From: a virus
Taxonomy: Duplodnaviria; Caudoviricetes
Reading direction: 5' to 3' (one strand)
Length of the DNA stretch: 57,911 bases
IMG/VR virus record: IMGVR_UViG_3300027777_000041
Location: 1 to 57,911 of that record
Of this stretch, positions 43,119 to 53,022 are shown piece by piece (the stretch's first letter is position 1; every line of letters begins with the position of its first letter). The notes under the pieces were generated by a model that was given only the letters and a program-made list of their open reading frames with translations, was not told where the DNA came from and made no database searches. The position numbers were made by a program, and so were the translations under genes.

Positions 43119-43307
43119 TGGAATTTTCCTTCTTACAGGGAGGTCCTTCGCCACACGCCGGGGCAGCTAGGAACCGGGGAAAGTTTAACCTTCACGCCGG
43201 GGAAGGTGGAGTCCAATAGGATTCTAAATAAAATAATACTTTAATTTTTAAATAAGTAAAGGGCCACCCATAGATGACCCTTCTTTTTATTGCAGTAAAT
43301 TGCAATT

Positions 43308-43910
43308 TTAATCTTTAGGGACAGGAATTGCTTCGTAAGCCTTATTAATTACCGGGCGAACGCGAGCATCATCGCGGGTCAAAGTACCTTCGGGAGTCGC
43401 ATTAAGCTGCGCTTCCTTCTGCCTAACCTGATTTTTAGCCTTCCTATATTCAATTTGGCGGGCTTCATCAGAAATAACAGCAGGGCGCATCATTAATGTC
43501 TGGCCCTTTCGCTCAATAGTCGGGTAATTACCCATGCCCGGCATCATTTCAGGATGACGGGTAGTAGGAACTGCTTCCCAACCCATGCGGGCCAAATGAA
43601 CCTGATAGGCAGGATCTTCCTGACCAAGCACAGTCTTCCGCTTCCACTCATATTCCCAGCCATCTGGTGCCTTGGGGGCGCGGAATTCGTCCGTTCCCTC
43701 ATCCATTTCGCCCAAATGGCCCCGAATTTCGGCGGCACGGCGGGCGGCAGCAACGCGGGGATCTTCTTCGCGCAACGCAGGGCGCATAGCAGGGCGGTCA
43801 GCTTCACGGGTTTCCATAACTACCTTTTCCTCTTCAACTTCAGCCCGGATAACCGGGGTTTTCGGGGGGCGACCACGGCGGCGGGCCGGGGCTTCGGATA
43901 CAACGTCCAT
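43308..43910 (-). CDS. Conserved head-morphogenesis protein
   Basis: APDGWEYEWKR...GWEAV; follows the scaffold gene. Confidence 0.65.
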   Translation of the reverse strand: MDVVSEAPARRRGRPPKTPVIRAEVEEEKVVMETREADRPAMRPALREEDPRVAAARRAAEIRGHLGEMDEGTDEFRAPKAPDGWEYEWKRKTVLGQEDPAYQVHLARMGWEAVPTTRHPEMMPGMGNYPTIERKGQTLMMRPAVISDEARQIEYRKAKNQVRQKEAQLNATPEGTLTRDDARVRPVINKAYEAIPVPKD

Positions 43911-43919
43911 TTATTCCTC

Positions 43920-44804
43920 CTACTGGCGGGCTTCGCCTTTTACCTTGTTGCGGTAGTACTCTTGGGGAGTAATGCCACTGATTTTGGCAGCTTCTACTTC
44001 CGCAGCGGTAAGGGTAACAACGCCAGACCGATTAGTGCTGGTCCCAGAACGCGACACCGGAGCCGAAGGAGGCGACGAACGCTTCTGGGTAGGCTTGGCA
44101 GAGTATTCCATCGCATCATCCAAACCGGGGATGGCGCGCTTAGACTCACCAATGCCAAGACGGTTTTCGACAAACTTAAAATACGCATCTGATTCGGGGA
44201 TGATCCCATAATCAACGGCATCTTCATGAGCGCGGGCCATCACGCGGATTGAGCGCGAATCAGGCAAATGTTCACGGTTTGTTCGCAACCACTCAGCAGA
44301 ACGTGGAGTTACCTGATTAATCAGGGAATCAACATTCATTTCACGCGGCTGGGGGGCTACAGGCTGACGCGGAGTATTCCGCATTTCCTCATAACCGCTT
44401 TCCAGCTGGCTCAACTTGTTGAAATTGACCTGCATTGCTGACTGAATATCAGTAGCCTTGTCAAAATCACCGATTGCCATCGAATCACGCAAATGAGCCT
44501 TCAGGATTTCCTGATCCCGCTTTACGCTATCAATTGCGCTGGCAACAAGATGCATATTGGTGTCAGACACCTCACCATATGCCGCCTGCGCCTTTTGGTC
44601 AGACACGCGGGCGCGCTCTTCAGCTTGCTCACGGGCTAGACGCTCTTGCTCAAGACGCGCATTAAGCTCCTTAAGAGCCGAATCAACGTCTTTCCCCTTT
44701 TTAGGGGCTTCAACTACTTCAATTTCCTGTTCTTCAGCTTTCTTAGTGTCAACCTTTGGGGCGTCATCCAAGATAACTTCAACAGTTTCTTCCATATCAG
44801 ACAT
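43920..44804 (-). CDS. Capsid scaffolding protein
   Basis: Acidic N-terminus, coiled coil, C-terminal APVSRS...VTLT..E...AK..GIT..EY. Confidence 0.75.
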   Translation of the reverse strand: MSDMEETVEVILDDAPKVDTKKAEEQEIEVVEAPKKGKDVDSALKELNARLEQERLAREQAEERARVSDQKAQAAYGEVSDTNMHLVASAIDSVKRDQEILKAHLRDSMAIGDFDKATDIQSAMQVNFNKLSQLESGYEEMRNTPRQPVAPQPREMNVDSLINQVTPRSAEWLRTNREHLPDSRSIRVMARAHEDAVDYGIIPESDAYFKFVENRLGIGESKRAIPGLDDAMEYSAKPTQKRSSPPSAPVSRSGTSTNRSGVVTLTAAEVEAAKISGITPQEYYRNKVKGEARQ

Positions 44805-44818
44805 AATAGACTCCATAA

Positions 44819-45211
44819 TTACCACACACGGTCAGGCTGATCGACGCGGGCCTTGACATTAACATCGTCAATCATCCGGCAAAGGACGCCATTGACGGTA
44901 ATGCTCCAACCATCTGAAGGCCGGAAGACAATCCAATCACCTTCGTTGATTTCCACATCCCCAAACCACTCACCCGACTTGTCCACAAAGGCAGATGGCC
45001 CCATCTTGACCACCAAACCAACCTTGGACTGAAACCGATCTTCATCAGTTGTTTGACTGGTTAGGATAATTCCGCTTTTTGTCTTCTGAGGGCGGATATA
45101 AACCGCCACCAGCATTTGATTGTTAAATACTTCAACACTACTAAGGTCGCCAAGTTCTTTTACCAAAGCGCCTGCGGGATCAACTTCATGATCCATAGTC
45201 ATAAACGGCAT
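44819..45211 (-). CDS. groES: GroES-like co-chaperonin
   Basis: KTKSGIIL...VGLVVKMGP.AF...EGDWIVF...I.D..V. Confidence 0.85.
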   Translation of the reverse strand: MPFMTMDHEVDPAGALVKELGDLSSVEVFNNQMLVAVYIRPQKTKSGIILTSQTTDEDRFQSKVGLVVKMGPSAFVDKSGEWFGDVEINEGDWIVFRPSDGWSITVNGVLCRMIDDVNVKARVDQPDRVW

Positions 45212-45212
45212 A

Positions 45213-45428
45213 CTAACCCCCTTCTTTGCCACTTAACGTAGCGTTTACTTCTTCGCAAAGCTCCAATGCCGTGCGAAGTCCTTCTATTCTTCCTACTTGG
45301 TGCTTGTAAGAAGAAAAGTCAAACCCTTCTACTTGATGAAGACTTACTAAAGCCTCTTTAAGGCGGTCTATTTCCATTTTAATCTGTTTTGTCAGCTCAA
45401 ATTGATAGAAAGCTTGCTGTGTTAACAT
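45213..45428 (-). CDS. Small conserved head-operon protein
   Basis: YKHQVGRIEGLRTA helical motif. Confidence 0.75.
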   Translation of the reverse strand: MLTQQAFYQFELTKQIKMEIDRLKEALVSLHQVEGFDFSSYKHQVGRIEGLRTALELCEEVNATLSGKEGG

Positions 45429-45464
45429 CTTTAACCGCCCCCTGACGGTTCCCCTTGGTTGATT

Positions 45465-45499
45465 GGACGGTAGCGTAAAGGGGGGTTACGCTACCGTCC
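45465..45499. repeat. Perfect 14-bp inverted repeat with 7-nt loop
   Basis: GGACGGTAGCGTAA-AGGGGGG-TTACGCTACCGTCC. Confidence 0.9.
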
Positions 45500-45529
45500 G
45501 GTTGCCGACTACTTTATCGTCGCCAGCAA

Positions 45530-46615
45530 TTACTTACCCTTCTGGATCTCAGTTTTTTCCAAACGGCCCTCACCCGAACCAGCACCCGCATCCATATCCT
45601 TATAGGAACGGTAGGTACGGCCACCAGACTTGCGGGGCATGGGCAGGCCACCAGCGGGAGCGCCGCCAGCGGGAGGGGCGGGCATCGGCATGGGCATACC
45701 AGCAGGCATACCGCCACCAGCGCCGGGCGGGGGAACAGGAATAGGCATTGGGGGAGGCGTAGGGCCACCCATACCGGGAGGAGTCATGTCGCCAGCGCCA
45801 GCGGGCTTGCCAGCACCAATGATGATGTTGATGTTGGTCTTACCCTTGCCAGCCTTGCCGCCATCGGCGCGGGCAGTGCGACCACCGGGAACTTCACCGG
45901 GAACCTTACCGGGGTAGCTGGGGCCAGTAAACACGCCGCCACCAGACTTACGGGCAGTGCGACCGCCAGATTTCAAGCCCTTCATGGATTCCTGCTTGTC
46001 GTGCTTCTCATCCATCTTGGATGATTCCCACTCCTTCATGGACATTCCATGCTTCTTGGCCAGTTTCTTATCCTGCGCCTCATCCTTGGCAGAACCCTCA
46101 AACTCAGCCATGCCGCCCTTCTTCAGGCCAACCGCACGGGCCGGGGATAGGGAACCCTTTTTGACGCCGCCAAAGTTCATCAACGCGCCGGGAACGCCAG
46201 AAGTTTGCTGGGCGTCCATCATCATTTTGTTAGCGCCAGCCATCGGGCCACCAAGGGCCTTCTTGGCAGGGCCGCCACGCTTCATGCCGCCAACATGCTT
46301 TTCGCCCTCACGCTCTTCATTAGCGTCTTTGACGTTGCGGTTAATCTTGGCATTAGCGTATTCAGTGGGCTCAGTCCTGCCGCCAGACTTGCGGGGTTTT
46401 TTGCCCATGTCTGCTTTGGCAGGCTCACCAATGACTTTGCCGCCCTTTTTGAAGCCCCTACGGCTGATCGGACGGAGGCCCGTCTTCACATCAGCCTCCA
46501 GCGGCTCCGCAGGGGACCAGTCAGCAGAAGAAACCATTTGGCCCTTTCCGGGCGCAGCAAGGTTCTTAGCCTTAGTTTTCATGGCCTCACGGGCCTTTTT
46601 CGCCATTTCGTACAT
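45530..46615 (-). CDS. Low-complexity K/G/P/M-rich internal head protein with many xKxGG repeats
   Basis: FKKGG, RKSGG x3, MKRGG, LKKGG, LKSGG, RADGG. Confidence 0.8.
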   Translation of the reverse strand: MYEMAKKAREAMKTKAKNLAAPGKGQMVSSADWSPAEPLEADVKTGLRPISRRGFKKGGKVIGEPAKADMGKKPRKSGGRTEPTEYANAKINRNVKDANEEREGEKHVGGMKRGGPAKKALGGPMAGANKMMMDAQQTSGVPGALMNFGGVKKGSLSPARAVGLKKGGMAEFEGSAKDEAQDKKLAKKHGMSMKEWESSKMDEKHDKQESMKGLKSGGRTARKSGGGVFTGPSYPGKVPGEVPGGRTARADGGKAGKGKTNINIIIGAGKPAGAGDMTPPGMGGPTPPPMPIPVPPPGAGGGMPAGMPMPMPAPPAGGAPAGGLPMPRKSGGRTYRSYKDMDAGAGSGEGRLEKTEIQKGK

Positions 46616-46686
46616 AATAACTCCTAGCTAGGTCTATCCGGGCGTCCCCGGTGCTGCGCTAAACTTGGGCAGCTTCAAGTTATACT

Positions 46687-49161
46687 TTACTTTACCACAC
46701 CCAATTTCTTTGCAACAGCCTTGTTTTTGCCCTTTGTATGCTTGTTGGCAATCTTTAATGCTTTTTGTACAGCAGCATCATTTGGGCGGACATGTTTCTT
46801 AAACCGGATAAACCCGCCACGCTTTTCCCCACCACCCCCATCTCCACCGCCACCCCCATCTCCACCGCCACCCCCATCACCACCGCCCCCACCATCCCCG
46901 CCCCCGTCGCCCCCGTCGCCCCCCTCACCGCCGCCATAGCTGCCATCACCGTCCGCGCCTGAGCCGCCCCACCCCCCCCAGCCACCGCTATCTGTTCCAC
47001 CTTCTGCTGTAGCCCCTTCAGCAGCAGCGGCTGCTGCGTCAGCATCATCTTGCGCAGCAGCTAATGCAGCAGCAAGGCCGGGGTTATCGCTGAAGTTGGA
47101 TTGGGAAATTCCCATGCTAGTATCAACATCAGGGGCCGTTGCAGGAGCAGAAGGTGCATCAAGGGCAGACGGCGCAGCAGGGGCCGCAGCAGGGGCAGCA
47201 GCAAACGACCCAGTTTCGCCGCTAATTGTTTGGTCCTGTGCAGTTTCGCTAAACGGCAACCCGCCAATAGTTGGCCCCACCATGTCTGCTGGGACATCTG
47301 CAAGTTCTTCAGCAGTTGCAAAAGACGGAGGCGCAGCAAATGATGGTGACTGGATGCCCGGCATTGTGCCTTTAGACAGTGATCCTGCGGGCGCGGCAGT
47401 AGATGGCGTTGCCCCATAGGGGTTAGCGCCGGGAACTGTCACATTGCCCATAGCATCAAATGTAGCTTGATTGTTCTGTGGCCCCGGACCAAGTGCGCCA
47501 AATGGACTTGAAGATTTGCCCGCAGATGCTGCTGGCGTGGCTGCTGGCGTTGATCCTATTGTATTGAGAGCATTGCCAACTTGGGCACCAATGTGAGTAC
47601 CAAGAGCAGCTGGATTTGCAGCGGGGGCATTTGTAGCCGCAGGCTGCCCCGTATACATGTTGCCAAACTGGTTTGGTGCAGGAGCAACAGACGATGTTTG
47701 CACCGATCGCGTAGAAAGCGGCGCTTCAGCCACTGGCGCAGGAAGGTCATAAGACTCCACCAATCCAATGGGGGCACCGTTAAAAGAGAAACTAGGGGCC
47801 GCAGCCGTTCCGGGCGTTATGCTGCCCGGTTCTGTGGCATTAGTAGATGTTGAAGACATTATTCCTTGTGGCGTGGCAGTATCTGGCGTGTATGAACTTG
47901 TTGTAGCCCCGTCACCGCCGCTTCCCGGTAATTCATACAACCCAGTCTTGGATAGTTCTGGTTTTACAAGATCATCTGAAGTCGGGGTTGCCCCCTTGGG
48001 TTGAGGTGCGGGGTTGCCTTTTGCGCCTTTGTACAGATCGAACTGTCCTACTGGTATGTTTGTCTTCCTACCAGCTATATCAGCCATAAGCCGGTTATAG
48101 GCTTCTTGGCCGTAAAAGGGGCTTCCTCCTGTAGCGTAGTGGTTGCGGGCAACCTCAATTGCACTATCAACATTGCCACCATTCTGGTAGGGTTCAGGAA
48201 GTTGCATTTTTTGATATTCATCCAAACTTCTGGTTTGCGGAACAACACGCAAATCTTCCGGCAATCTTTCAGAAAACATCATTTTTAATCTTTCATCTTT
48301 ATATGGTCTCCAATACGGAAGTTTTTCTTGGATGTTAGAAATCATTTCAGATTTAATTGGGTAAGATGGCTCAAGCCTAACCAAAGAAACTGGTTCATTA
48401 ATTTTTTCAAGTGCCAAAGATCTATGGCGGCCTTCATGCCCAACAATTGCTGGAATGTTTTGAATTTCACCAAATGTAAGGTGGGGAACGTCCGAAAAAC
48501 CACCAGTTTGAGGTAATTTGGACAAGGATCGCACATAAGCATTCCATGCTTTTGATGATCCCTCTTTGGCTATTTTTGATTCTTCTGTAAGAGGAGACGC
48601 AAACTTTGCAAAGTCCTGTGGCCTCATAGTCATCAAAAGGCTTTCATCTCCCATTGGGCCAACAAAAGCTTCGCGAAGAGCATTCGGTGTGTAAAGTTTT
48701 TCTAAATTAGGTATTTCATCTGCCGCCCTTTCTAAACGACGGGCAGCAACAATTCCACGATCATTTTCAATTTGCTGCATAAGTTTTTTTATTGGCCCCG
48801 ACCCAAGTACTGTTTCACCGGCCCTTGCAGAAACGCCGCCCATGCCACCAGTTAGGGCAAACCCAGCCAAATCAAATGCGTCAGCTAAATCTGCATCAGA
48901 ATGTGGGTCAAACGACCTATTTCCAGCCAAAATATCACCGGGCATTTTAGCCAAGTCTACTGCCCGGTTAAATTTACCTTGAAGATATTGGCTCAAAACT
49001 TCTTGATTGTAATCAGTGTCATAGTTTTCTTCTACAGGGGTTATATTGGCGGCTAATGATTGGGGAGTAATGGGACGCCCGCCATCAGCATAACCAGTAC
49101 GACCGGTAATGCCTTTAGCAAGCTTGATTGCTTTCTTGGAGGACTTACCAGTCATGACCAA
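46687..49161 (-). CDS. Large internal virion protein with ParB/Srx-like segment and low-complexity tail
   Basis: IVGHEGRHR motif; P/A/T-rich middle; GGD-repeat C-terminus. Confidence 0.7.
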   Translation of the reverse strand: MVMTGKSSKKAIKLAKGITGRTGYADGGRPITPQSLAANITPVEENYDTDYNQEVLSQYLQGKFNRAVDLAKMPGDILAGNRSFDPHSDADLADAFDLAGFALTGGMGGVSARAGETVLGSGPIKKLMQQIENDRGIVAARRLERAADEIPNLEKLYTPNALREAFVGPMGDESLLMTMRPQDFAKFASPLTEESKIAKEGSSKAWNAYVRSLSKLPQTGGFSDVPHLTFGEIQNIPAIVGHEGRHRSLALEKINEPVSLVRLEPSYPIKSEMISNIQEKLPYWRPYKDERLKMMFSERLPEDLRVVPQTRSLDEYQKMQLPEPYQNGGNVDSAIEVARNHYATGGSPFYGQEAYNRLMADIAGRKTNIPVGQFDLYKGAKGNPAPQPKGATPTSDDLVKPELSKTGLYELPGSGGDGATTSSYTPDTATPQGIMSSTSTNATEPGSITPGTAAAPSFSFNGAPIGLVESYDLPAPVAEAPLSTRSVQTSSVAPAPNQFGNMYTGQPAATNAPAANPAALGTHIGAQVGNALNTIGSTPAATPAASAGKSSSPFGALGPGPQNNQATFDAMGNVTVPGANPYGATPSTAAPAGSLSKGTMPGIQSPSFAAPPSFATAEELADVPADMVGPTIGGLPFSETAQDQTISGETGSFAAAPAAAPAAPSALDAPSAPATAPDVDTSMGISQSNFSDNPGLAAALAAAQDDADAAAAAAEGATAEGGTDSGGWGGWGGSGADGDGSYGGGEGGDGGDGGGDGGGGGDGGGGGDGGGGGDGGGGEKRGGFIRFKKHVRPNDAAVQKALKIANKHTKGKNKAVAKKLGVVK

Positions 49162-49168
49162 CCCCGTT

Positions 49169-50698
49169 TTAACGCGAACGAATCATGTGGTGAATGATTT
49201 CCAGCGCCTTGTGTAGTGCAGCATCCTTATCGGGCTTGCCGCTAACGCTACCGCCGCCAGCCTTGCCCTCCATAGCCATGCGGGCCTTGTCGGCACGGAA
49301 GAAGTCGGCGGCATTGTCGCCGCTTCCATAGTTTACACCTTGCCCGTCTTCTTTAACAACGCGCTCACCCGTGGACTGGTATTCTGGTCCACTGAAAAGA
49401 CGGGACAAAATTCCGGGGCGTGAAACATCTTGGCCAGAAGTTAAATCAATTGGTTTCCCAGCATTAAAATTTGAAGATGCCGCAGGACCGGATAAACTTC
49501 TTTTAGCCAACTGTACTGGGCTAGAAGAATATGCCCCCATCTCATTAACGCCTGCCGAATCATTGCGGTTATAATTATGAACAGCACCAGCGGGGTAAGC
49601 AGATAGTTCATCTACGCCCAATGTATTTGTGCGGTCCATACCACTAGTTGGGTGGCGAACCCCAAAAAGATTTGGGTCCAAATGTCCCTCATCTACATCA
49701 ACAGGAGCTTGGCGGCCCATTACACCCACGCCGGGGCGCGTCATTGCGCCCGCAAGAATGGTCCCTGTAGCTACAGGAAGGCTCATGGGGTTTGCGGGCA
49801 ATGGGTTTGCCGCCGCAAATGATTTTTGCATGGCTGCGATTTCATCGGCATTCATTTCGCGTGGCATACCCTCCCTAGCGCGCTGGGCCGCCGCATCAAT
49901 AGCGTTTTGCACCGCTGAATTTTGACGGGTTTGTGCAGTATCACCCGCAGCATTTTTAATGATGTTATCAATATGAGCTTGGCGCGCAACATTTTGAGAA
50001 TAAGCTTGGCCGCCCATTTCAGGGTTGCGGGCGCTTCCGATAGGTGCCTGCACAGGCCCAATAGACCCTTCGGAGGGCATAGACTCATATCGCATAGCAT
50101 ATTGGGTTGTAGGATTTACTTTAGGGGTAGGGGCGGAAGCCCTTGGCCCACCTACTGTTGCAGCACTATTAATGCCAAGATAGTCCAAAAATTCGCGCAT
50201 CCGGCGTTGTTCTGCATTGGCGTATCCAGTATCACCTGTTGCTGCTTCTACGCCCGCCCCATAGGCTCCAGAAGCCCCTCCAGTCACCGCGCCGGGTACG
50301 CGGGAAACCGCGTTCAAAGCTTTTGCAACGGGGTCCATGTATTTGGACATTGTTGGATAATTGGCGCGGTCTTGTTCAGACACACCAGAAAGCGGTTGGC
50401 TCCCAAAACCTTCCGTCACACCCTCCACAAATCTATTGCGGTCTTGCTTGGGGGCGGCAGGGGCACTTGGAACAAGAACAGTATTTCCATCTGCATCCCG
50501 CGCAAGTTCGTATGATTCTTGCCGTGGCGCAGCTTGTTGTGCCGCCATTCTAGCAGCCATTTGTTTTGCCAAAGCTGCATTAGAAGCAGTTAGATCGGGG
50601 TTGCTAGCCGTCAGCCTACCTTTGGGCGCGGCCCCAAAAGACCTAGCCAAGCGAAGAGCTTCCGGGTTAGAGTATTGGTCGTCGTACCGGTCAGCCAT
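49169..50698 (-). CDS. Probable internal virion protein
   Basis: 509 aa; follows the portal gene; C-terminal KAGGG.V...KAL.I. Confidence 0.7.
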   Translation of the reverse strand: MADRYDDQYSNPEALRLARSFGAAPKGRLTASNPDLTASNAALAKQMAARMAAQQAAPRQESYELARDADGNTVLVPSAPAAPKQDRNRFVEGVTEGFGSQPLSGVSEQDRANYPTMSKYMDPVAKALNAVSRVPGAVTGGASGAYGAGVEAATGDTGYANAEQRRMREFLDYLGINSAATVGGPRASAPTPKVNPTTQYAMRYESMPSEGSIGPVQAPIGSARNPEMGGQAYSQNVARQAHIDNIIKNAAGDTAQTRQNSAVQNAIDAAAQRAREGMPREMNADEIAAMQKSFAAANPLPANPMSLPVATGTILAGAMTRPGVGVMGRQAPVDVDEGHLDPNLFGVRHPTSGMDRTNTLGVDELSAYPAGAVHNYNRNDSAGVNEMGAYSSSPVQLAKRSLSGPAASSNFNAGKPIDLTSGQDVSRPGILSRLFSGPEYQSTGERVVKEDGQGVNYGSGDNAADFFRADKARMAMEGKAGGGSVSGKPDKDAALHKALEIIHHMIRSR

Positions 50699-53022
50699 TA
50701 CAATTCTCCAGTCTGTGTGCCATCAAGAGTTGGTTCGTTTTGCTCCAGCCGCTGCAACATGTTGGGGTCAACAATAGACTCCGCAACTTGCAGACCAGCG
50801 GGGTTACGAATCAACTCTTCAGCAAGCTTGATAGTGGCAAGACGCTCGCGGCTTTCCCGGTCCCTCTTGCGGTTAATTGCGTCCAACGCTGTATCTTGTG
50901 CGCGCTGGTCAACTTCGTTCTGGCGAACTTGAAGATCGGCCATCTTGGCCGGGTCGCCTTGGCTATTTCCCATTTCCATTTGAAGGCGGGCCTGATCCAA
51001 TTGGATCTTAGCGTCCGTCTCCTTAGCACGGGTCTGGCTATCCATCATACGGGCCGCAGCATTGCTCTTTTGGTTCTGCATGTTGGCCATCGCCTGAATA
51101 AGTTCAGGCGGCGGATTGGCTTGGGCAGACTTGGGTATCATGAACTGCGAAGGATTAGACCAACCAAGGGCTTGCAACGCCGCTGTATCAACTGCAATCG
51201 GGTCATACAGCGACGGGTTAGAAGCTACCAGCTGCTTCAAAGCCATAACCTTCATCAGGCGCTGCGTTTGGCTAGAAGTATTGGGATCGGCCTGCGGAAC
51301 AAAGTAATAATTGTCCAAAGCTTCCGTAAACGTCTTTTCATCCCACGGGAACGCAGGCTTGCGGGCCTTAATCCAAAATGCTTCGGGATGTTCCCTAAAG
51401 CATTCAACCAAAAGCTCAAATTCTTCAGCCTGCGCGGCATGAAGGCGTTTGTGAACTGAATTAAGGATCTTTTGTGCCTGTTCAATCAACGCTAACGTAG
51501 TGCCAACCGGCGCATCAGCACGGCCCTCACCCACAGCAGCCTCAGAAGTTCCGCCAACACGGGCACCCGTGTCTGCCATCTGTGTGACAAGGTTCATAAG
51601 CGCCCCGGACGGCTCTTTATAGGGCAACGGCATAATGGCTTGCGAGATCGGCATACCATTTGTCTTTACCAGCGCACCACCACCCGGAGGAACGCGGAAA
51701 ATGTTAGTATTTTGTCTAGCCCCAGTGTCGGCCATAAGGAAACCGGGGAAATTGTTATACATGCCAGCGTCAAGAAGCTCACGCCAAGCAGCGGTAATGG
51801 CATTTGTCGTATTGCCAAGTATATGTAACAACCCAATATCATAAAAACCCATGCCGGGAACAAAAGTATATTTAACAAATCGTTTTTTAGCTGTCGGAAG
51901 ATCATCGTCATCTTCATCATAATTGCGAACAAGTGACAAAATGGTCTGGGAAGACACATCTATAGTTGCAATGTACGGTATCTCCAAACCAGAAGGTTTA
52001 CCTTTGTGCTTATGCTCAAAGCCGGGCACATCTAGTTCGCAATAAACCTCATAAATCTCGCGATCCCGGTCTTCTGGGTTAAATGCATCAAACGAAATGC
52101 CTTGTTGGGCGTTCTTTTCACGTTGAACACTATCCAGATCGGGCATCTTGGGCGTGGATAGGTCCATATCCTTGTACACACCAAGAATTTGTAACCTTTT
52201 GACCGTACTGGGGCGCATAAACGACCTATGCGTAATGCGCGTGGCGTTAGATAGGTCAGTAGCCGAATTACTGACAATCAAATCGTTGGCGTCGATGCTT
52301 TCTGACACCGGGCGGTTTCGCAGTGGGCAAAAATAAACCTTTTTGAAGCTTGTTCCGCCAAAACCAAGCATAAGCAACATGCGGTCGGTATCTGGGTAGT
52401 ACTCACTAGCGGTCGCAGTCAGATAATGATTAAGATCCCGCTCCAGACAACCGGCTAATTGGTCATCTTGCAGGGTAGCATTGTTATTATCGTTGCGAAC
52501 TTTGACCGGTCCATCTGTTGGAAGTAACTCAGACCGGGCATTCGCTTGGAAACGCAACACTGCTTCAAGCAGCAGCGGGTGGCGGACCTTACTCATGCCC
52601 TCAACCGGAGCGCCGTCAGACCCTCCCTGCAAACCGGGGATCTCAATCTTTAGACCAAGCAGCTTAATTCCTTGCGCCCGGTCCTCAATCCAATCCTTGC
52701 GGCTTTCAATGTCGTCCCGAATACCGCGAAGAAGGTCTTGTGCGATCTTGTTTAGCTGCCCATCGGCAACATCATCAACCAGATTGCGAAACCAATTGTC
52801 TTCGTCCCGCTCTTCTTTGTGGTCTTCAATTGGTTTGCCATCCAATGACACCGTGATCGACCCATCGGCGTGTTCAATCTCAAGGATTGCGCCTTTGTCA
52901 TCAATTTTGGGGGTGTCTTCGCCGTCCTCAATGACCTCAACAATCATTTCACCGCCGTCCAAAGAGTCATCTTCGGGTGCGGGTTGCCGAATGTTGGGCA
53001 TCAAGCCGGGGACCATAGGCAT
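50698..53022 (-). CDS. Portal protein (P22/podovirus-like)
   Basis: HPLLLEAVLRFQA; FKKVY; PGMGFYDIGL; PLPYKEPS; APVGTTLAL; 774 aa downstream of terL. Confidence 0.88.
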   Translation of the reverse strand: MPMVPGLMPNIRQPAPEDDSLDGGEMIVEVIEDGEDTPKIDDKGAILEIEHADGSITVSLDGKPIEDHKEERDEDNWFRNLVDDVADGQLNKIAQDLLRGIRDDIESRKDWIEDRAQGIKLLGLKIEIPGLQGGSDGAPVEGMSKVRHPLLLEAVLRFQANARSELLPTDGPVKVRNDNNNATLQDDQLAGCLERDLNHYLTATASEYYPDTDRMLLMLGFGGTSFKKVYFCPLRNRPVSESIDANDLIVSNSATDLSNATRITHRSFMRPSTVKRLQILGVYKDMDLSTPKMPDLDSVQREKNAQQGISFDAFNPEDRDREIYEVYCELDVPGFEHKHKGKPSGLEIPYIATIDVSSQTILSLVRNYDEDDDDLPTAKKRFVKYTFVPGMGFYDIGLLHILGNTTNAITAAWRELLDAGMYNNFPGFLMADTGARQNTNIFRVPPGGGALVKTNGMPISQAIMPLPYKEPSGALMNLVTQMADTGARVGGTSEAAVGEGRADAPVGTTLALIEQAQKILNSVHKRLHAAQAEEFELLVECFREHPEAFWIKARKPAFPWDEKTFTEALDNYYFVPQADPNTSSQTQRLMKVMALKQLVASNPSLYDPIAVDTAALQALGWSNPSQFMIPKSAQANPPPELIQAMANMQNQKSNAAARMMDSQTRAKETDAKIQLDQARLQMEMGNSQGDPAKMADLQVRQNEVDQRAQDTALDAINRKRDRESRERLATIKLAEELIRNPAGLQVAESIVDPNMLQRLEQNEPTLDGTQTGEL

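Noticed and set aside
40451-43244. Long plus-strand ORFs 40451, 41267 and 42381
   Set aside because: Antisense shadows of strongly codon-biased capsid-region genes
46830-46985. C-rich tandem repeat as a non-coding element
   Set aside because: It encodes the Gly/Asp-rich tail of ORF 46687..49161
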